NCBI GenBank assembly: GCA_046563655.1
Contig: CM102289.1
Coordinates: 6,138,001 to 6,202,000, forward strand
Source: Yuukianura sp. NJ FZ-2021
Taxonomy: Eukaryota
Length of the DNA: 64,000 nucleotides
Reading direction: 5' to 3'
The notes under the pieces were generated by a model. That model ran no database searches, was not told the origin of the DNA, and saw nothing but the letters and a program-made list of their open reading frames with translations. The position numbers and the translations under genes were made by a program. Positions within the stretch are counted from its first letter, which is position 1. Every line of letters starts with the position of its first letter. Positions 26,956-40,069 of the stretch are shown here, piece by piece.

Positions 26956-29900
26956 CTGTCTGTCTGTCCAGATTAATTATCTCAGAAACTACTGGCCCGA
27001 TTTGATTCCGGTTTTCACCAGTGACCATGTCATGACCCGGGCTTGGTCACTATTGAATATGACCCCCGGGTGTCAACTCCTTCCGGGTCAAAGGTCAAGG
27101 TCAACCGGTTTCATCCCCGGTAACATGGAAAATGACCTCTACAAAAGTTGTTCATCTCATTGAGACTAACAACTTTTGTGTGGAATGTGTGACCCTAGGT
27201 CACCTGTTTCCGGGTCAAAATGGATTTTAAAGGTCATTTGTAATGCAAGTGTATGTAACAAAGACTCTGCTTGTGAGACTGGAAAGGCAATTGGCATGGT
27301 AGTTGGTTTTCTGCTTAGCAAAAAATCCATTACGCAGTTGACTAACACACTCAACTGTCACCTGTCACACTTCATCTGTCACTTCACCTGTCACGCGCCG
27401 GGTGTCACCTGTCACGGCTGTCACGGCTGTCACTTGCCGGGTGTCAGCTGTCACCTGTCACTTTCCGGGTGTCACCTCTCACCTGTGACTTTCCGGGTGT
27501 CACCTGTCACTTGCCGGGTGTCAGCTGTCACCTGTCACTTGCCGGGTGTCACCTCTCACCTGTCACTTTCCGGGTGTCACTTGTCACTTGCCGGGTGTCA
27601 GCTGTCACCTGTCACTTTCCGGGTGTCACCTCTCACCTGTCACGTGCCGGGTGTCACCTGTCGTCACTTGCCGGGTGTCACCTGCCACGTGCCGCGTGTC
27701 ACCTGTCACCCTCAAGTGTCACTTGCCGGGTGTCACCTGTCACGCCTCAGCTGTCACGTCTCACCTGTCAAAACCCCCTGGGGGGAGGGCGGGAAAGTGG
27801 GGGGAACACACCCCCACTACCCCGGGGGGGGGCTGGAAAGTGGGGGGAACACACCCCTACGCTTCCTGGGGTGCGGAGCAAAAAAGCGGGAAAACACACC
27901 CCTACTCCCCGGGGGGGGGGGCGGTAAAGTGAGGAAAACACACCCCCCACTTCCCCCGGGGGGGGAGGCAGGAAAGTGGGGGGAACAAACCCCCTTCGGG
28001 GGGCCTATTGCTTCGCTATTATCAGTATGGGCGGTTTACAACCGGTTTATTTGTATTTGAAACCAAAAATTTTGAATCCAATTAGAACAAATTCAAAATT
28101 AATAGCTTCTAACTTTCCATTGATCTTCATTGATCGTAATTTTTTGTCTGAGAAATTGTGTTTCAATTCAAATATTTATTTTTTGGACCTTTTTTTATGT
28201 TTTAAAAATTTAGAAAATCTAATGGATTTGAATTTCTGAACAAACTGAAAGTTCTAAAAGTTTCTCAAATTCTATTTGATATGGTGGATCAAATAGAATT
28301 TTGAGCTTATTTCTCAAACTATCTGAAATTCAAGTCTTTATTATAATAGCGAAGCTATTATGATAAAAGAGGTTTGTCTGTCCGTCTGTCTGTCCGGATT
28401 AATTATCTCAGAAACTACTGGTCCGATTTGATTCCGGTTTTCACCAGTGACCATGTCATGACCCGGGCTTGGTCACTATTGAATATTATCCCATTGGGTC
28501 AAAGGTCAAGGTCAACCGTTTTCTCCCGATAACTCAGTAACCAAGCGACGACAGGAAAAATGACCTCTACAAAAGTTGTTCAGCTCGATGAGATGATCAT
28601 TTTTTGTCCTATGACCTATGACACTGTGACCTATACCTGAGGTCATAGGTAATTCCGAAGTTTTTCATCTATCTTTATGCCGACCTGTGGCCTTAGGGAT
28701 AGGTCACAAGGTCATAGGTCATAGGACAAAAAATGATCATCTCATCGAGCTGAACAACTTTTGTAGAGGTCATTTTTTGGGTTGTCTGGAGAGGTCATTC
28801 AACTTCAACTCGAAATTTGTCTAAGTCGATTTCAAAGGTCATTTGTAATGCAAGTGTGGGTAAACAAAACTCTGCTTGTGAGACTGGAAAGGCAATTGGC
28901 ATGGGACTTGATTCTCTGCTTAGCAAAAAATCTATTACGCAGTTGACATATACACATTACACACTCATGCACTGTGTCCACCGGGTGTCACCTGTCACTT
29001 GCCGGGTGTCACCTGTCACCTGTTGATTGCCGGGTGTCACCCGTCACCTGCCGGGTGTCACCTGTCACCTGTTAATTGCCGGGTGTCACCTGTCACCTGT
29101 GACTTGCCGGGTGTCACCTGTCACGTGCCGCGTGTCACCTGTCACCCTCAAGTGTCACTTGCCGGGTGTCACCTGTCACGCCTCAGCTGTCACGTCTCAC
29201 CTGTCAAAACCCCCTGGGGGGCGGGAAAGTGGGGGGAACACACCCCCACGCCTCCTGGGATGCGGAGCAAAGAAGCGGGAAAACACACCCCTACTCCCCG
29301 GGGGGGGGCGGGAAAGTGGGGAAAACACACCCCCACTCCCCCCGGGGGGGAGGCGGAAAGGTGGGGGGAACAAACCCCCTTCGGGGGGCCTATTGCTTCG
29401 CTATTATCAGTATGGGCGGTTTACAACCGGTTTATTTACTCTGTTCCCACGAAACATGAGCCACCACGAACCACTACATCTACCTTCACTAGAGATACTC
29501 CTTTTCCACTGTTGCCAAAATAGTAGTGTGGGAAGGGGATTTAAAAAGTGCTTTCACCATTAGCCCCAAGTGAATTTTTTAAATAGAAAACCGGAACTCT
29601 GGTTTCAAATCCCCTTTGGCGTCCTGGAGGTCCTTGACCTCATAACCTTTTGTAATCATGGATCCGTGCGTTTTCGGTTTAACTAAACCCAGAAGTCCTT
29701 TCACCCAAGGTTTGTAGATTTCATTTGCTTTTTAAGAGGTTGCGTAATACCTCATGGTTTTTTTTTTTAAATTTTTGGGTATCGTACCCATCAAATCAAC
29801 TGATTTTTACACATTTTACATAGTAAATTGGTATCAAAACTTTTATTGTTTGAAATTGGTACCAATAAATGGGTGTTCAGTTTATTGTTATTTTTATTTT

Positions 29901-30343
29901 TATTGATAAACACTTGAGGTATTACTTAACCTGTTAGGAAGAGTAAATGGTTGTCAAGGAACCTTGCTTTTACCGTTCCAAATAGCCTAACCATCTTCTT
30001 GCACTAACCTAACTAGCGAGGTGTAGTTGTTGACCCTTTGACTTCTTACCTTCTTGTCTTTGACCTCTTGAATGTACTCATGTTTTGAAATGTCTTGCGT
30101 CAAATCCGGAAGGGAGTGACTAATGCGAATGGTTCCCTTGGTAGGATCCTCTTCATCTTTTTGTCGTTCATACCGAATACATCGCCAGGAAGAAAAGTAG
30201 CGATGGCCAAGGACAGCCAGCAGAGCGACGCATAGCATGCCTCCTGCTACCATAGCAACCAACACAAGGTCAAGTCCTCGACCGTCATCTCCTGTTGACC
30301 CTGACCCTGCTCCAATTAAGGATGGGTTGCTTGGACTACTCAT
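20912..30343 (-). CDS. Synaptotagmin, Syt3/6/9/10 group (TM + C2A + C2B)
   Basis: Exons ~30343-30050 ([10 protein letters not shown]), 26457-26297 (RQTTLPT), 25475-25347 ([15 protein letters not shown]), 24290-24134 ([16 protein letters not shown]), 23679-23510 ([13 protein letters not shown]), 22826-22706 ([19 protein letters not shown]), 22177-22006, 21253-21150 ([10 protein letters not shown]), 21063-20912 (AQWYPL). Confidence 0.93.
26888..28052 (+). mobile_element. DINE-1/HINE-like non-autonomous Helentron element, copy 1 (synaptotagmin intron)
   Basis: 5' hairpin ATAATAGC-GAA-GCTATTAT, (GTCT/GTCC)n microsatellite, central TGTCACC/GCCGGG tandem array, G/C-run block, 3' inverted subterminal repeat GCTTCGCTATTAT, small hairpin CGGTT-TAC-AACCG and T-rich end. 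Confidence 0.8.
27356..27770. repeat. Tandem minisatellite of TGTCACC / TTGCCGGG units inside element copy 1
   Basis: Dozens of repeats such as TGTCACCTGTCACTTGCCGGG; these create the spurious C/H/V/T-rich ORFs in the ORF track. Confidence 0.9.
28338..29436 (+). mobile_element. DINE-1/HINE-like non-autonomous Helentron element, copy 2
   Basis: Same termini as copy 1 (TTATTATAATAGCGAAGCTATTATGATAAAAG ... GCTTCGCTATTATCAGTATGGGCGGTTTACAACCGGTTTATTT), shorter microsatellite and minisatellite, plus an internal long inverted repeat. Confidence 0.8.
28556..28777. repeat. Long inverted repeat (fold-back) inside element copy 2
   Basis: 28556-28622 is the exact reverse complement of 28711-28777 (67 bp), extending imperfectly about 20 bp further inward. 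Confidence 0.9.
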
Positions 30344-33300
30344 ACCTCCGTACGGTGTACCTGTCCAAATGAAACAGAAAGTAGGTTAGAACAACAAATA
30401 AAAGTCTCCGACAAGAAAAGAAAACAAGGAAAAGAGGATTTGAAGTCATTTTCCTTGTTATTTGTTTTTGTAATCTACCACTTTCAGAATCTAATACAAA
30501 ATATAGTTTTTCATTGTCTTTCAAAACAAATGGAGATGTTTTTTTAATAGAAGCGCCTTTGCCATAGTCTGCGTGAGCTTACTGAGAAAATGATGTACAC
30601 CACGTTCTCTTTCCTCCATTCTGTTTTGCAGAAATTTACTTTCCCAGCGGTTTTTGATTAGAAAGTTTGCGTAGAGGCGGAAACGGCGTATCGCTAATGG
30701 ACTTGGAATAATTTTTTGCTTGGTGGTCGGAACAAGAGCAGTAGTGATGAGAATGCCGTGTACATAGCGTTCCATTAGATTTATCAGACACCTAATCCTG
30801 ATGAATGAGGAAATTGTGTGAAAGTTAATGTCTCCTGTGCCTCTTTTATTATTCGCATTTCCATAAGAACAACGATTTGGCTTCTCTAGCCGGAGAATCG
30901 CTGCCCAAAGTGAAAGTGGAAACAGCGATTCAGATGCTAAAGTTATCTCTTTCCCATTTCTTTAACACACCTTCAGCATTCTGCAAAAAAAAACGAGAAA
31001 ACGGCGATAGGACGATTTTCGTTTTTTTCCTCAAAATTCAGAATCAAAAAGTAGTGTGGATTAGAAAATAGTAAAAAAAATCTTCCAACTTATCACTGCG
31101 GGGATAAGTATTACAAATCAAAGTTTTTTTTCTTGTCATGTTTTTTTTTCCAGTACTTTTTTCCTTGAGTTTTGTGAAGTCACTAACTTAAGAGAGTCTC
31201 CGTTATCGTTAGTACTGAAACAAAACAAAAATATTCTATAGTGTTTTTCCAAACTTGGAGAAAAGTTTATTCTTATTTTATTTTGCTGAATCTAACTTCA
31301 AAATCATAATTTTTTAAAATATTCAAACAAGACGGTGGATTTATTCCCAACTTTTTCTTTTTGGAAGAAAGCACACGGTGAAACACGTCACCTCCATTTT
31401 GCTCTTTATCAAGAAAAGTTAACTCAGCTTTTGTTTGTTTAAAAGTTTTGTATAAATTAAATTAAAATGGAAATTTAGAAAGTTGAGTTTTTATGTAGTG
31501 CGGTAACTGTAAATCCAACTGCGATTTTTTTTACTTTAAAAATTTGCCCTTTAAATGTTTGTTTTCAAGTTCCTGGGTGAGAAACAAAATGGGGTGTAAG
31601 TGTAAACTTGTCTAACCTCTGTACGTCAAGGGCTTACCCTCCTTACGCATACGTGCTGTTTGTGCTGAACTAAACATACGATGTCTGGAGAATTTTGTTT
31701 GAATCGACCTAGTACAGCTGAACCATAAACAAATGGTTTCAGTATACAAAATTTATTTTATTTTCACAAAAATGTTCCACATATTTTTGTTTTTATAATT
31801 TCTAGTTCACCGAATATTTTCCAGAATCGATTGAATTCAAGTTTAAGGGATTTTAAAAAACTTGGATTTCAATTAATATTTGTGAGCAAAAAAACTCAAA
31901 ATTTGGAACAGAAAACTTCAACTTGGAATATATCGTTGTTGTATTAATACTTCAGAATGAAGGAAGCATGAAAAATTTGAAGAAGTTCTTTGAAATGAGA
32001 AGTTTTTGAAATTACACTTTACAGATTGTACCAAAGTAACACTTTTAGGTAAATTACAAAAATTCGTGGTGCAGAGTTATGTGCAAAAAAAAATTGAAAG
32101 TGAAAAATACCAAAATAACACCTTACCAGGTTGCCTTTAGTGCCCTGCCATTATTGTGCTGCACAACTTATGGACACAACTAAAAAGCTCCTGCCAGCTG
32201 GCACACCTCTGAAACTCATTTCACTTTAGCACTTTAGTTTTGGCTTCATTTGGGACCATTGTTTACCGCTTCATGCTCATGTATCACTTTCACCACACCT
32301 AAAACTAATCATTCACCCTTATTTCCAATGGGCTTTCACTACTTCTTCTATCCAATAGCTAAGGTTATGCTAAACTTCTTTCCAAGCCAGTTGCTGAGCC
32401 GCAGCGTTCAATCCCCCGGGCGACCTTGAGCAAGGTTCCTACTTTCACCAAACCCTCATAATAGTGAAAGTTCTCTCCGAAAAGTTAGCGTCTACCTCTG
32501 GAGATTTGATTTTTTTCACAAATTAATTCCCCTTCTTAACCTAACTTTTAGGCTTTTAGTTAGGTTGAAAATGTAAAAGAGTCCAATGCCCCTTGAATAG
32601 CCCCGAGTGAAAGCGTATTGAAAGTCTGGACTTTAGAAAACACAAAATGAAGAGAGAGAAACTTTCTGGTTTTTGGAAGTTAATCAAGAGACCACACTAC
32701 TCCAGTTCGAATTTATCTTAATTACATAAACATCTGAAAGTAAAGTGTTAAAACAAACCAAATAATATTGTTACTCATTTCTGTGGAAGATTACAATCAA
32801 ACAAAGCAAACTTTAATACAATTAGAACATGTTCCTGGAAAGGAATACAGTTAACAGTACCATCTTCAAATAAGCGAAACCGCCTTTTGAAGTTTTTGTA
32901 AACATCGGGCAACCCTTCAAAAAAAATCTTTTAAGCCTGCACTATCAACGACTGTAAAAAAAATTATGTGTTAATTTTATTAAATAATGGGTTGAATTTA
33001 CAGAATTTAGCTTAAGGGATATAAAATACGCGTCACTAACGAAGTTCAATGTACGGCTTTGGTCGTTAAGCCTTTGAAATTTACCCGGGGGAGGTCAAAT
33101 TTCTACAAAACAGTATTTACACTTAGGAGGAATTTTGTGGTTTGAAATTTCGCAGGAAAATTATGTAGGATACCGGATACTGATTCAAATTGCCTCGAGA
33201 CCGCCGTAAAAAGAACAAGTTACGCCGCAAAAAGTGTCATCGATTAGTATGAAACGTCTGTCTACGAATATGTCTACGGATCCAATTTCCTTTCCAATCC

Positions 33301-36300
33301 AATAACCTTTATTCGATTTTTTTTATCAATGCTCAATTTTAGTAACTTTTATTTTTAATTAGCATTACGATGCAAAGTTATACTTGCCATCAACCACAAA
33401 GAACAAAATCTTCCTTGGGCTTCGAGAAAAGTAAACCTCGAATACATTACATTTGTAACTCAATATCACATTGCGGAAGGAATCTAGTAAGTTGAAATCA
33501 AACATTATCGTTGTATATTAAAAACATAAACAAATTATATTTTTACTTCAACTTTCGACATCATCTTGGTCAAAGACGGTGTAAAAGGGCCCATGCCATT
33601 AGATCAGAAAAATTAGGTCAGCAGAAAAGAGGTAAGAAATATATGTACGTAAGAAATACATTCGGAGAATCGAGCGTTTAAAATATGTCTATTCTGATGA
33701 CAAAAACTGCTTTCCATAAAGTGCTATTTCATTGTTGTTGCTTGATGTAGAAGTTGATATTGAATACAAAAGTTGAAGAAACATGACATGTTTAGATGTT
33801 CAAACGGAAATCTGGCGTTTTTTACATGCCAGAACTGGAATAGCGTTATAATTTTTTTTGAGTACCTAACATATTGTAGGTATTGATAATCCGTAAACAG
33901 CTTTCGTTCAATATAAAGTTGCGTACAAAATATCGATCAACTCTTTACGGTTTCAGCTGGTTTGCTAACGTGCGACACTTCCAAAGAAAAAAAAATTCTC
34001 CGAATGCGGACGTGTTTGTTTACGCTTGTCAGTCTCCATTGTGAGAACTTGAAAAGGATATGAAATCCCTCATGAAATAAGAAAACGTTTATTGCTAAGT
34101 TTTTTTCCTCAACTATGTCATGCCCCTACAAAAGACATTGACATTGACCTTGTCATCTGCTGTAATTTGACCTTGAAATGAATCTTGTTTCGTAATCTCC
34201 CTGGAGTCTGTGGGGCCAGCACAGTGCAAAGGAGATACAAGATTAAAGGAACTTTTTAATCCTTTCAGCCTCCTTCCTTTTGCCAGAAACTAGAAAATGG
34301 AAAAGTCTCAATCGAACCGGATGAGCAACAGAGAACGTCTTTTCCTTCAAAACTTCTACGTTAACCGTAGAAGCGGTTAAGCTAGGTTTTGGTTGCAGTT
34401 ACTGTGTCTAGATGAAACGCAAACACTCAACTCTTTAGAACAAGCTGGATTTCATGCATTATTTAAAAATGAAGCTGGAAAAACAAACGCCCTTTTTACT
34501 GCCTAAAACTGACGTCAAAGGGATCATAAGCAGGGTGCTTAACGTCTCTACTTTCATTTTTTACGCAACAGGTTACTTGAACTTTTACCACAATTTTGGT
34601 TACTTTGATATCGTGAGGTTTTCAAACTTTGTGGGTAAAATATGTTGTTTGGTTGTACACATGATAGTTTGTAAAACGCATTACATGAAACAAATTTTAA
34701 AAAAAGAAACGAAAAAGAAAGTCAAATTCTGGAGCTAGTTTTTTTTTATTATTAATTTTTGAAAAAAAGAACTCTTTTCAAAGTGAGTCTAAATTTAATA
34801 GGCGTAAACTTTTTTAACAGAATGAAATTCGAAAACAAAATGGATTTTTTCCCAAGAATGAAATTTCTTTCAAAACTGTTTTGAATAGAGAGAAAAAGAG
34901 CGTTTCATTTTGAAGCTGGGTTTTGTTGATAAAAAGTGGTTACAAAGTGGGTTACAGTAGTTATCGAGTGGTTATAACAAAGTAATTACTTACTGAGATG
35001 ATGTTTCGTCGGAAGCGCCAAAAATGAGTCGTTTCCATTCTCCGGATCCATTAGGGGTTGAGACTGATAAGCCAGTTTCGTTAGAACTTTCTGCAAAAGT
35101 TGTGGAACTTGAAGATAAAATAGAGCAGCTTTCAGCTTAAGGTTTTCTTTGTAGCGACGTAACGTATGGGGTTGGCGTCAGTAGGCTTCGAGCGTCTTCC
35201 AGGAAGCTTCAAGTTCCAGTAGAATTCCAGCAGCGAGATGAAGCTACCTGTTGAGTCAGCTACTTTCCAAATCCAGCTTAGGCCTGTTGCATCCACCAGC
35301 AGAAACGGATGAAGAAAGCAACTTGGACTTTCTCTATCCAGTTCCAGGCAGCAACAGTTTTGGAGGTTCAGGGTACTACGAATTCTGGACGGGCGACGGA
35401 CGGAAGCGCAAGCGCTGCTTAGAACTTTTTCTTTTTGTCCTTGGCTGATACTGCAGGAAGTACACAAAATTTCGAGAACCCAGACTTCCTGCAAGTAAAG
35501 CCTCTCAGTAGAATGAAGTGGAAATGCGGGATCATATTCTTCGTTTTCCTATTTAGTTGTAACTTTTTCTGAAAAAAAGAAATTTGCATTTTTCGGTTTC
35601 TACCGGGAAAGAAAAGTTGATTATTTTTTGTCGCAACTAGATTAACTTTTTCTGAATTTTCCACATAATCGTCAATTTCTGGAACAGTGATTTATGGAAA
35701 ACGATAAAACGGCAACAGGTTTCTTAAACTAGAAACCTCTGGATAAATATTTTTTTGTAGAAAATTTCGAAACTGATTCGGATGAGTCACACTCAAGAAG
35801 TTTGTCTTGAATTGCAAACCAACAGAGACGTGACATTCCATTTCCATTTCAAAATTGGATGGATTTGAGTTTACGCTGAAGTGTTTAAGAGACCGTGTCC
35901 AGGTGAAATGTTTCACACCATCAATCGTTCAAATGCTACACTGCACGTTTTACCTTGTTTTTTCCAATTTAGGCGAAAAAAAAGCTTCCAAAAAAGTGTT
36001 GGGGTATTCCAACCCTAAACAAACGCGTAAAGATGAAATTAACACACAAATATAAAAAATAGCAGCTTCAGTCCAATACTTACAACCACTTGCACAATTA
36101 CGATGTTATCAAACGAACATCAAACTTTTTCCGAATTTTGACAATAAGGAGAGTTTTGAAAACCCGAATTTTGGAAAGAAAGTTGACGTTGTTAACGTCT
36201 TCTAGGGAGGTCAATGGTTTTCACTTTCTCTTATTCAGGATCTTGCAAAAAAAAGTTTGTTTTTTGTCAAGCAAAAGGTTCTAGCTTGTTATGGTTGCGC

Positions 36301-37319
36301 TGCCTTCCAATTTGTTGAAGTAATGTTCAATCCGCTCTGTTCCCGCCTAGAGCTTTAATTAAGAACCTCTCTTTTTATTCTGAAAGCTATGGATACAAAC
36401 ACCCAGCAGGAAAATGAAAACAAGGACAATTCACCAGAAACAATAAAAATGGAACAAAAGAAATGATACGAATATGAAATATGAGAAGATCAAAATTACA
36501 ATTCTTCTAAGATTTCAATAAAGTAACTACAGATAAAGAGCATCATGTGAAATATAATATAGACAATTTTGTGCTTCTTAATACATACGTAACAGGATAC
36601 AGGATTTCGTTCGGCAGCCTTGAAAACATGAGTGTTTTTTTCACATTTGCAGAAATTCTTCAGGGTCAACAAAGCTTTACTATTCTCAGCCAATAAAATT
36701 TCAGGATAACCAGAATACTTTCCAGCAGTTTAAATGGTAGCTTATGGAATTTTATGAAACAGACAACTAACTGAGAAAATAACTGGAACTTATAATGTTT
36801 CAGGTAAATTAAAATCATGGAACTGACGTCATAGGGCTTTACTTTTTAATTAGAATTTTAATTTTGCCACATTTTTCAAATAGAAAAAAAATGTCACATT
36901 TCTATTCCAGTGTTTAGTTTTAAAATTCTGATTTTTAAATGTCATTTCTTTTAAATTGAAACTTTTTAAACTTTGTTAGTTATATTGTTCAAAGAATTGC
37001 GAATGGCGTTGGGGCGATGTGAGAATTCTGCAAAAACGTTCGTTTTTTCTTCGTTGAGCGCAGGTTGCTAGGAACGCAGAAGGGAAGGGTTTTTGGTTCC
37101 TTTAGTTTTTTTAGTGAATTTATATATTTATTAATTTATATTTATAGTCGATTACAACAAGTCATTTATTTTTTGTTATATTAATGCGAGTTTAGTAAAT
37201 GAGGGTATAAAACGTAAAATAAATTAAAGAAGGAACAATACAGTAACAGTCATAAATTTTAATCAGACGCTTATTTCTCAGCTTGATTAAGATTTTCGCG
37301 GTTGATTTTTCTGAGATTT

Positions 37320-37878
37320 TTAAATTCCAACTCCAAGAAGCTTATAGTCCTTGACGTACCGCTGAATTTGCCTTTGCAAATCGTTGTAAGCATTTCGTAC
37401 TTCCTTAGGTGAGTTGAATATACAAGCGGTGTTCTAAATTTTAAAAATAATTTGAAAATTCGAAAGGTTTTGAGTTAGCAAATTATTGAATTTTGAAGAT
37501 CCTTACATTAGCTTTGTTCAAATCAGTCCCATGGGGGTACAGACATTTGCAAGCTTTTCTGCTCCAGCGACAAACGCCACCTATCGGTGACCCGTGGTTG
37601 CAAGTGCAGTCGAGATTACACACAGCTTCGTATATGGTCGAAACGCCAGGCCTGTTCATGTCACACTGCCTAGCTACGGCGTGTACTGCACCAGGTAGTA
37701 CACATTGTAGTAATTTTCCACCTTGTGAATTGGCCATCACAAAACTAAATCCTGGGTTTAAGATTAATAGAAGGATTAAAATTCGTCAAAATCAAAGAAT
37801 ATCATTTTAGTTCACTTTTTTTTGGAATAAAGTCTTACCAAAAATGAGAAGGCTTGTAGAAAGAGCGAACTGTTTCAT
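37320..37878 (-). CDS. Secreted CS-alpha-beta defensin-like protein with N- and C-terminal extensions
   Basis: Exon 1 MKQFALSTSLLIF; exon 2 GFSFVMANSQGGKLLQC...CDMNRPGVSTIYEAVCNLDCTCNHGSPIGGVCRWSRKACKC...; exon 3 NTACIFNSPKEVRNAYNDLQRQIQRYVKDYKLLGVGI*. Carries the CxxxC...GxC...CxC motif. Confidence 0.7.
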
Positions 37879-38266
37879 GGTAGCGTCAAAACCGAGTGCT
37901 GAATTCTATCAATTTACTTCTTAAATTTTGTTTGAGTGTGCTGAATATTGTTGAATTTCAAAATGAAGACTATTATAACGAATTTTTTTTTGGGTTTCCT
38001 AATGGTGTGCATTTTTGTGTTTCATTTTTAAACTAGAATTTTTAGTTCCATTTTCATTGTTCCTTGTTCATTGTTCTGGCTTCATTGTTCCCATTTTTAA
38101 CCTTTCCTAACATTTTTTTCGGTTGACAACCAAAGGGTTGGTATGCAGTTTATTTTTACGAAAAGCCAAATGTGAGGATTTGAAAATGAGTTGAACATTT
38201 TAAAATTTCAAACGCATCCAAGACAAGAGACGTGTATTTTTTGTTTCGAAACAACTATCATTTACA

Positions 38267-38567
38267 ATGAAGTACCTTATAGTAGTGATTGTGTGCTTAG
38301 CAGTAGCAGGTAAGCTATGTTACAGTTGATTAATCAATTAATTATATTAACTAATTGTGCTTAGCATTAATATGTGACATTCATTTCATTTGAATTTAAG
38401 TTTCCCCTGCCCTGTGCTCTGGGGTGTTGGACAATTTGTTTGACGGCTTGAACTGTGAGGAACCCACCATTGACGACTGTCACTGCGACTGCGTACTCTT
38501 CCATGGTGGCGTCAGCGGATTCTGCAATTCCGCCAAACAGTGTATCTGCAACTACGACTGGGAATAA
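38267..38567 (+). CDS. Small anionic CS-alpha-beta defensin-like peptide
   Basis: Exon 1 (38267-38309) MKYLIVVIVCLAVA, phase-1 intron, exon 2 (38401-38567) VSPALCSGVLDNLFDGLNCEEPTIDDCHCDCVLFHGGVSGFCNSAKQCICNYDWE*. Not present in the ORF track. Confidence 0.78.
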
Positions 38568-38678
38568 TACGTTTTATACAAACAAAAGCAAATAATATCA
38601 CGACTACAATTTTTTTCATTTGTATTCTTTTTAATATATTTAAGTTTAATGTTTAATATATCTTCATTTAAAACGTTT

Positions 38679-40069
38679 TTAATTTATAACCCTTGATACT
38701 ATCATAGTGAGCTTGACAGTGTAAGTGACAAGTTTTCCTATGACTCTGATTGTCGCTAGTTTATCGAACACTGCAAACTGCCCGTTAGAAATGTGCAGAG
38801 GTCTCAAGGATTTTAGATATTTCTGAACAAGAATTCGATCGGCGGGAGGCAAACAACAGTTCGTTGAATTCCTCCTCCAAAACTGTAGAACTTTCGCGGC
38901 AATTGCACTAACGTTTCCAAATTTATGATGTGCTATTAAAATAAGGAAAGTGGCGGCAAAAGATACTGATCCGACGGATAGCAGAAGTTCAGCTGGCATT
39001 ATAATGTTGAATTTAGTCATCAAAACGCAGTTGCAAAATACAGCTACGCCTGTCACTGCATATAAGGTCATTGGTAGCAAGTAGTTTCCAAATATCTCAT
39101 TTAGACCAATCGTAAGTATTTGTAAGTTCTTGTAAATTGCAATAGCTTCCACATTGTTCTTCACTTCATCCAGTTCGTGCCTTTTTGTCCTGTACAACAA
39201 AAATGTTACAAATTCAATTTTTTTGGAATACATTTCTAGGGCCTATTCACTACTTCTGTGTTACGTCTGCTACCTTAGTGTAGATAGCAAATGGATAATT
39301 GCACAAGTTTCATAAAATAAAATTACGCAGACGGTCAGATACAACAAGATCAGGCCTGAGCAATACAGGCTAGTGGGAAGTCCAATCAAAAATTTTGCTG
39401 TTATTGAGTAATTTGTAATATTTTTGAACAACATTCGGATTGGGAAATACGGTGCATCAGGATTATTTAAAAATTGAATTTGACATACAATAGGGACAAC
39501 TGGCGCTGGTGTTCCAAATAATACTGTGTAGGCAAGTATCTCTCTCTCGAATTTTGAAAGCTTTCCCGTCTTGTTATGTACTAGAATCATATTTCAGAAA
39601 AAAAAATTTTAACCTTTCTTTATGAGGCTTTTAAAATTTTAAACTCCTTGCCTTTAGTAACTCGATTGAAGTAAAGCATAGACTGATTCATGAGTGCAAC
39701 AAAGTGTTGTCCATTGCTTGAAATTGAGTATTCCCAAATCAAAATGGTCGATCCAATCATGAGAATAAGGATTTCGATGACAAGTGTCCCGAGTCGATTG
39801 TTGTTATAGTTGCAGATCTCATGTACGGTTACAACAAGAATGTAAATTTCACCAAGGATAAGAACGTGCAAGGTTATGTTTCTGAATGGATTCCACCGAT
39901 AGGCTACGAATTTTACAAATTCAGATCCACGGTCCCATTTCATTGGTAGAATTCCAAAGAGATGTGCTGAATTGATCAGTACACGAAAAATGACTTCCAA
40001 AATGTCGTTGCGTTTGAAAAGGAAAATATTTTCTGTCGAAAATTTGAAAAACGAAAATAGCCTAGCCAT
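38679..40069 (-). CDS. 7TM chemoreceptor of the gustatory/odorant receptor superfamily, paralog A
   Basis: Three exons, about 400 aa, multiple hydrophobic helices, N-terminal FGILPMKW, C-terminal YLKSLRPLHISNGQFAVFDK...GKLVTYTVKL (TM7 TY motif). Confidence 0.75.

Noticed and set aside
27356..27770. Possible CRISPR-like array
   Set aside because: No unique spacers between units, eukaryotic context and no cas genes.
27176..28060. 294 aa and overlapping Cys/His/Val-rich ORFs
   Set aside because: Translations of the TGTCACC minisatellite and G/C runs inside the HINE-like element; open in several frames with no protein-like features.
28999..29563. 174 and 178 aa ORFs
   Set aside because: Same repeat-derived artefact in element copy 2.
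35026..35494. GC-richer patch with short ORFs on both strands
   Set aside because: No motif support; plausibly a non-coding 5' exon or regulatory region of the synaptotagmin gene.
30400..37250. About 7 kb without a convincing gene
   Set aside because: Only short ORFs and scattered splice-like sites; consistent with 5' introns and regulatory DNA of synaptotagmin.
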